A stretch of 45,372 nucleotides of DNA from Leptospira sp. (lineage in GTDB: Bacteria > Spirochaetota > Leptospiria > Leptospirales > Leptospiraceae). Within the stretch, counting starts at the first letter, position 1. Each line of letters begins with the position of its first letter. The position numbers and the translations under genes are program-made. The notes below the pieces were generated by a model. That model ran no database searches. It saw nothing but the letters and a program-made list of their open reading frames with translations, and was not told where the DNA came from. The DNA is taken from NCBI GenBank assembly GCA_034439575.1, contig JAWXAQ010000021.1:1-45372 (forward strand), written 5' to 3'. Below, piece after piece: positions 39,686 through 45,372 of this stretch.

Positions 39686-40867
39686 TTAGAACTTAGATTT
39701 TGTTTGGAGGTCATAAATGACTTCTTCCACATTGTCCATATCTATTCTTTGAACCCCGTTTTCAGTGTGAACCACGAGCTTACCATTTTCTTGGTTGATG
39801 ATCGCACCGATTACAGTTTTACCATCGACTAGAACGATTTTTTCAATTCTTTCGTAGTAGTTGATAATGTCTTTTTTGGTTTTAAATTCTTTTGGTTCAG
39901 CTGCAAGACTTGCTTCGAATTTTTTCTTTTCAGCTTCTTGTTGTGCAGCTACATTTTTTTCTAACTCAGCTCTTTGTTTATCAATTTCTTGTTTTTTGAT
40001 AGCATCAAGTTTTTCAGTTTCAGCACCTTCGCTAAGTTTTGCGATTTGTTCTGCTGTATTTTTATCAACTGTAACAATCGTTTTGATTTCTTGTTCTTCT
40101 GCTTTTGTAAGGTGAGCAGTTTCTACAGCCGGTTTCTCTTTTTCCACAGTCTTAGATGCTTTTTCAACATCTGCAACATTGTGAGAATCTAACTTAGAAA
40201 GTTCAAGAGCCTTAACTGTTTGTTTTGATTCTTGGTTTTTTTCAAGAATTACTTCACTGCTAGAAACTGATTCTTGGAGTTTTTTAAGACTTTCACTTCC
40301 ATTAATTTCTTCTGCAGAAAGTTTTTCTAATGCTGGAACTCGGTTTGAGAAAGCAACAGATCCATCAACAACTTTGACTTTAGATGGTTTTCCTGTTTCA
40401 GACTCTACGATAAAAGACGTTCCACGAACACCCGCGATCGCGGTTGGAGTCACAACTGTAAAGTCGTCGTCTTTCTTTGCTTTGTTGACTTTTGCGAATA
40501 CTTTTCCAGAAACAAGTGCGATTTCTGTTTGGCTTGTGCCAGCACTGTTTTGAGATAGTTTGCTGAAATCGATTACGGATTTTGGAGAAATACGAATGCT
40601 CGATCCATCAGGAAACTGAACGTCTACCTTACCACTATCACCAGTTACAACATGGTCACCAGCTTTTAACGCTGTTCCCAATTGTGCTTTTTCTTGCGTA
40701 TTATCTGCGTGTTGGATTTTAGATTCTCCTACCGCAAAAACAACAACTGCTGAGAGGTCATTCGACTTCTTAGAATTTTCGCTCACGTCTACGTCTGGTT
40801 TTTTGCAAACTGCAAGACCAAGAACGGCAACTAGAGCACTAGTAATGGCTAATTTCGATGCTTTCAT
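39686..40867 (-). CDS. lipL45: LipL45-like FecR-domain lipoprotein
   Basis: Lipobox LAVC; SAVVVFAVGE; FecR motif TPTAIAGVRGT.F; charged coiled coil; C-terminal YERIEKIVL.DG..V.G.I. Confidence 0.82.
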   Translation of the reverse strand: MKASKLAITSALVAVLGLAVCKKPDVDVSENSKKSNDLSAVVVFAVGESKIQHADNTQEKAQLGTALKAGDHVVTGDSGKVDVQFPDGSSIRISPKSVIDFSKLSQNSAGTSQTEIALVSGKVFAKVNKAKKDDDFTVVTPTAIAGVRGTSFIVESETGKPSKVKVVDGSVAFSNRVPALEKLSAEEINGSESLKKLQESVSSSEVILEKNQESKQTVKALELSKLDSHNVADVEKASKTVEKEKPAVETAHLTKAEEQEIKTIVTVDKNTAEQIAKLSEGAETEKLDAIKKQEIDKQRAELEKNVAAQQEAEKKKFEASLAAEPKEFKTKKDIINYYERIEKIVLVDGKTVIGAIINQENGKLVVHTENGVQRIDMDNVEEVIYDLQTKSKF

Positions 40868-41056
40868 ATCTTCCTATCCCTTAGAGAAATTCAAATTCGT
40901 TATCCTAATCAACAAACCGGCGAGGCGAAATCGCCAAACATTTGCATTTTTTTTTAAAGATTGTGAAAAAAAATGGGTAACAAGCAAATTTCTAGCAAAC
41001 AGGGGCGAAGTGCAATCTAAATTTGTCTAAATAGCACCATCTAGGATCCTGACAAC

Positions 41057-42379
41057 ATGGCGGAAAATACAACCTTAGAACAAAGACCACCTTCAACCAT
41101 TGCCATTTTAGAAGAAATGGAGAGACTATACAAAGATCTCCCAATGGAAGCCATCGTCAAACAAGACATCTTACGACAAGGGATTCATTTTTTGCCTGAA
41201 TCCTTTTTGGGCGTTGGTGATTATAAGGCGAAAGATTACTTTATATTTTCCTTTGACCATATCCCCCTGGCCGATCTAAAGGACGGCGCGGACACAAAAG
41301 CACCCGAAGAGATCAAAATCACAGGTGGACACTTTAACTTAAAAAAAACAGTCATCTCCACTCGAAACAATCCTCATTCTCCTTATAAAATGAAATCTGT
41401 GGAAGGTGTTCCGACACTTTTTCTGGAAGCAAGCATCATTGGCCAAGCTGAATACCCACCCATCCCTAGTTGGTATGGGCACAAAACCAAAAGTGGAAAG
41501 TTGCCTGGAGAAATTGCCCCTGTCATTGAGTGGGGATATCTCATTTACCTGACGGTCTTTCGCAATTGCCAATACTTCGGAAAAGAGGAAGAATGCGCAT
41601 ACTGTGATATCAATCACAATTACCGCCAACAAAAAGGCGCAGGTCGTCCGTATACAGGCGTTAAAGATGTGGAGGATATTTTGGAAGTGATGTCTTGGAT
41701 CGCGGCAGAAGATAACATAGCTAAGGTCTATACCATCACGGGTGGTTCCGTACTTACTTCTCTAAAAAAGAAATCGGAAGTGGATTTTTATTTGCAATAC
41801 CCAGAAGCCATAGAGAAAGCCTTTCCCAATCGTTGGATGGGAAAACTTGTCGCCCAAGCCTTTGAAAAAGAAGACTGCCAAAAATTTAAGGATGTTGGCA
41901 TTGAAATTTATCATCCGAACTACGAAGTTTGGGACAAACAATTATTTGATAAAATCTGTCCTGGCAAAGCCAGCTTTATTGGCTGGGACAATTGGATACG
42001 CCGAGTGGTGGAATCAGCGGAAGTTTTTGGTCCAGAGAAAGTCATTCCGAATTTTGTGGGTGGCGTAGAACTTTCAGAGCCTTACGGATTCAAAACAGTG
42101 AAAGAAGCGATAGCCTCCACAAAACAAGGCTTAGACTTTTTTATGTCCAAGGGAATTGTTCCTAGATTTACGGCTTGGTGCCCAGAACCTTATACCACAC
42201 TTGGCCAACAAGCAGGACCACCACTTGTATATTTCTGTGAACTTCTTCGCGCATGGAAACAAACATTTGAATTTTATAATCTTCCAACTCCTCCAGGATA
42301 TGGCGAACCAGGGCCTGGAAAAGCTGTATTTTCCGTCTCAGCTTTCATGGATGTGATAGGATATTCTGGACGTAATTAG
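41057..42379 (+). CDS. Radical SAM protein of unknown function
   Basis: CQYFGKEEECAYC (CX8CX2C), TITGG, NYEVWD..LF..ICPGK. Confidence 0.82.
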   Translation: MAENTTLEQRPPSTIAILEEMERLYKDLPMEAIVKQDILRQGIHFLPESFLGVGDYKAKDYFIFSFDHIPLADLKDGADTKAPEEIKITGGHFNLKKTVISTRNNPHSPYKMKSVEGVPTLFLEASIIGQAEYPPIPSWYGHKTKSGKLPGEIAPVIEWGYLIYLTVFRNCQYFGKEEECAYCDINHNYRQQKGAGRPYTGVKDVEDILEVMSWIAAEDNIAKVYTITGGSVLTSLKKKSEVDFYLQYPEAIEKAFPNRWMGKLVAQAFEKEDCQKFKDVGIEIYHPNYEVWDKQLFDKICPGKASFIGWDNWIRRVVESAEVFGPEKVIPNFVGGVELSEPYGFKTVKEAIASTKQGLDFFMSKGIVPRFTAWCPEPYTTLGQQAGPPLVYFCELLRAWKQTFEFYNLPTPPGYGEPGPGKAVFSVSAFMDVIGYSGRN

Positions 42380-42417
42380 CAGATTCTTAGAATCTAGACG
42401 TTATAGATTCTTTACGT

Positions 42418-44502
42418 ATGCGAATTACAAAAGCCCTTACACATACATTTGTATTTTTGGTTCTATGTACAAGTTTCCTATCTTGCGAGGGAATCATTGA
42501 TATCCAAGAAGACTCGCTTCGTTTTCAAAAAGGTGTTCTTGATCTATCAAAGTTTGAATTCAAAGAAGAGAGTGTCGTAGAATTAAAAGGTGATTGGGAG
42601 TTTTATCATAATGACTTTCATTATCCTCCTTTTCATGGCAAAAAAAATCTAACTGGTTATCTAGATGTTCCAAATTCATGGCAGGGGCAAGAGTATAACG
42701 GCCATAAGATGCCGCGACTTGGACATATTACCCTACGCGGTTTCGTTATTTTAAATCCAGAAACTATCGGACAAGAGCTTAGGATTTTTGTTCCAGATAT
42801 AGCTTCGGCATATAGGATGTTTGCCAATGGAACCTTGCTTGGTGGCCAAGGAAAACCAGGTATCAACAAGTATGATGATGTTCCAAAAATCCAAGCTAAG
42901 TATTATACTCTCATTCCTGATACAGAAATCATAGAAATAGTTTTTCATATTTCAAATTACCAAAACAATTTTGGCGGGTTTTGGGATACTCCAACCATAG
43001 GAAACAAACATGCGATAGATAGACAAAGAATGATCACTACGGCAAGAGAATTATTTTTACTCGGTGCTGTCCTTATCATTGGTCTTTATCATTGGGGATT
43101 GTACTTTTATCGTAGAAAAGAAAAATCCATTTTCTATTTCGCACTCCTATGTTTTTTCTTAGGCTTACGCATTGCCTGCACTGGCAATCGATATATCTTT
43201 GATTTATTTCCAGATATTTCTTGGCAGTTAGCTTTTCGCTTGGAATTTGTTTCTTATTATTTGGCGATTCCCACAGCTATACTATTTATAGGAAATTTAT
43301 TTCCATTAGATGCGAACCATACATTTATCAAATGGATTTTATATATCTCTCTCGTTTTTGCGCTGACTCTAATATTGCCCGTTTCCATATTTACCATTCT
43401 TTTATATGGATTTCAATTTGTTGCTTTTATCACCATCGCTTATTTAATTCGTGTAAATCTTAGAGCTGCTGCCAACAAAAGACCAAATTCTAAATTATTT
43501 TTAGTCGGCCTTCTCATATTATCTGTATTAGTTGCTGTTGATATAGTGAGGCATAGTTTAAATGACAGAGGTGTTTCATTAACACCTTACGGATTACTGA
43601 TATTTATATTTTTTCAATCCTTGATACTTTCAAGTCGCATCGCGAGCGCATTTACAAGAGCCGAAGAACTGGCAGAAAGTTTAAAAATCTCCAATGAATC
43701 TCTAGTGGCACTGACAGAAAACTTAGAGCTAATGGTTTCAGACCGTACATCTCAATTGAATACCACCTTACAAAGATTAAGAAGAGATTTACAATTAGCA
43801 AAAAAAATCCAACAAAAAATTCTGCCTACTCCAGACATTTCCATTCCAAGTATTAATTTCTTTTTGCACTTCCAACCACAAGATGAGGTGGGCGGTGATT
43901 TTTATGATATCTTTGAACTAGATACAGGGATCGTGCGAATCTTTTTAGCTGATGCCACGGGTCACGGAATCCAAGCTGCACTGTATACCATGGCCATCAA
44001 ATCCGAATATGAAGCGATCAAACGTTTTGTAACTAAAACCGATGATTTGATGGGTCATCTAAATCAGAAAATTCAAAATAAATTCTCTGGACTAAAGATT
44101 GTCTTCTCTTGTTTTCTAATCGATATCGATACGTGTACAAATAAATTATATTATACTTCAGCGGGTCATCCAGATCAGATTCTTATCACAAAGAAAGCGG
44201 GAATGGAATTGTTACCTAGAACCGGAAATATCATAGGCCTTAGAAAAGAGCAACATTACACTCAATACATTACCCATATAGAAAAAGGAGATAGACTATT
44301 TTTATTTACGGATGGAATTGTTGAACAGAAAAATCCGCGTAGAGAAGAATATGGGATCGAAACAATTATCCAACGAATGTTAGATTATAATGGAAAGGAT
44401 TCATCTTTATTCCTAAAAGATCTGATAATAGATTTACAAACTTTCCAAGATTCCATTCCGCAGGAGGATGATTTAACCCTCCTACTGATTGAATGCAATT
44501 AG
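42418..44502 (+). CDS. 7TM-DISM sensor / SpoIIE (PP2C) phosphatase
   Basis: KGVLDL..LKGDWEFY, VP..W, 7 TM, VGGDFYD, ADATGHG, SAGHP, LFTDG, DDLT. Confidence 0.93.
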   Translation: MRITKALTHTFVFLVLCTSFLSCEGIIDIQEDSLRFQKGVLDLSKFEFKEESVVELKGDWEFYHNDFHYPPFHGKKNLTGYLDVPNSWQGQEYNGHKMPRLGHITLRGFVILNPETIGQELRIFVPDIASAYRMFANGTLLGGQGKPGINKYDDVPKIQAKYYTLIPDTEIIEIVFHISNYQNNFGGFWDTPTIGNKHAIDRQRMITTARELFLLGAVLIIGLYHWGLYFYRRKEKSIFYFALLCFFLGLRIACTGNRYIFDLFPDISWQLAFRLEFVSYYLAIPTAILFIGNLFPLDANHTFIKWILYISLVFALTLILPVSIFTILLYGFQFVAFITIAYLIRVNLRAAANKRPNSKLFLVGLLILSVLVAVDIVRHSLNDRGVSLTPYGLLIFIFFQSLILSSRIASAFTRAEELAESLKISNESLVALTENLELMVSDRTSQLNTTLQRLRRDLQLAKKIQQKILPTPDISIPSINFFLHFQPQDEVGGDFYDIFELDTGIVRIFLADATGHGIQAALYTMAIKSEYEAIKRFVTKTDDLMGHLNQKIQNKFSGLKIVFSCFLIDIDTCTNKLYYTSAGHPDQILITKKAGMELLPRTGNIIGLRKEQHYTQYITHIEKGDRLFLFTDGIVEQKNPRREEYGIETIIQRMLDYNGKDSSLFLKDLIIDLQTFQDSIPQEDDLTLLLIECN

Positions 44503-44506
44503 ATTT

Positions 44507-44938
44507 TTAATTCTTAATATAAAGTCTTTCTATCCCGTATGTTTCAAATTCCTTATCATAAGCGTTAATTTCTACAGCTGCCTTTTTTTCTCTTTCTTCT
44601 TCAGAAAGTTTTAAAAATTCTGCTTCAGAATATTTTTTACTGATGTCTCTAGTACCCAGTTCAAAGGCCAAATCTGACCAAAACACATCATCATTGTACG
44701 CTTCGATATAATCCTCATGAATTTGTTGAAAACATTCTTCCGTTACGGATAAATTTCCCTCTGATGTGGTCCTAAGTGGTTCTTTTAGGCCTGCACTTTT
44801 TAATTTTTTGAAAACACTTTGGCAAAAATTATCTACAGAAGGATCACTTTCTTCATGTGGTGAATTTACGATCCATTCATAAACCACCAAAGCCTCTAAC
44901 AAATGTTTCACTTCCGAATCGTTTAAATTTATTTCCAT
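44507..44938 (-). CDS. Hypothetical acidic protein
   Basis: 143-aa ORF with AGGA RBS; FW..LA..L..RD / EFE..G..RL pattern. Confidence 0.75.
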   Translation of the reverse strand: MEINLNDSEVKHLLEALVVYEWIVNSPHEESDPSVDNFCQSVFKKLKSAGLKEPLRTTSEGNLSVTEECFQQIHEDYIEAYNDDVFWSDLAFELGTRDISKKYSEAEFLKLSEEEREKKAAVEINAYDKEFETYGIERLYIKN

Positions 44939-45007
44939 GTTTATATTTTTCCTAAGATTAATTCAGTATTTTATACTTCGTTTTAAAAGACAAACATGAA
45001 ACTTATA

Positions 45008-45352
45008 TTAATCGTAAACTTCACCCACAAGTTCTGTGACAACTGGAGTTAATAGGAAAGTGAAAGGAGGAAGTATAAATGCCCATTTCGTTGATTCTTT
45101 CTGAATTAATCTAAACCTTGAGCCCTTGTTCTTTTTCGCTACTTCTGAAAAAGTTTCCAAGGATTCTGTAAATTCGGCATTTCTACGTATAGGAAAGAAT
45201 ATCAAAACATTCAAACCATAAGTGGTGGTTCGCAAATAATGTTCTGGTTTAGCTTCATGTGTTCCCATCCCGTTAAAGCGCGTCGCCTTTTCACTGGTAG
45301 CACATTGACTAAAAATAAAAACTGTGAGTAGAATTAGATAATATTTTTTCAT
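45008..45352 (-). CDS. Putative small lipoprotein
   Basis: MKKYY + hydrophobic core + IFSQC lipobox. Confidence 0.75.
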   Translation of the reverse strand: MKKYYLILLTVFIFSQCATSEKATRFNGMGTHEAKPEHYLRTTTYGLNVLIFFPIRRNAEFTESLETFSEVAKKNKGSRFRLIQKESTKWAFILPPFTFLLTPVVTELVGEVYD

Positions 45353-45372
45353 AGGCACAAATTTTCTATAAG

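Overview
AT-rich chromosomal window from a spirochete, most likely Leptospira (LipL45-like lipoprotein, TatT-type TRAP operon, 7TM-DISM/PP2C protein, Leptospira-style lipoboxes). 1-1640 is the degraded end of an integron-like cassette array: two single-ORF cassettes bounded by attC-like repeats, with no integrase in the window. 3642-9139 is the most interesting region, a compact photoactive yellow protein (PYP) locus. It holds two divergent PYP paralogs (one with a natural Y42F-type substitution), a tyrosine ammonia-lyase, a degenerate acyl-CoA-ligase-like ORF, an MCP with no sensing domain, and two unknown ORFs that flank PYP-1 and share an unnamed ExQLxxLYxxK...G...P module. It is a candidate blue-light phototaxis system with undescribed partner proteins. 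The rest is mostly core genome: two patatins, NlpC/P60, MBL hydrolase, argC, GST, dGTPase, DedA, tatT-dctPQM, kdpABCD with a kdpE interrupted by an in-frame stop, fliS, purN, purH, transaldolase, pseudouridine synthase, lipA, lipL45, a radical SAM protein and a PP2C phosphatase. All calls come from reading motifs by eye; no database searches were run.
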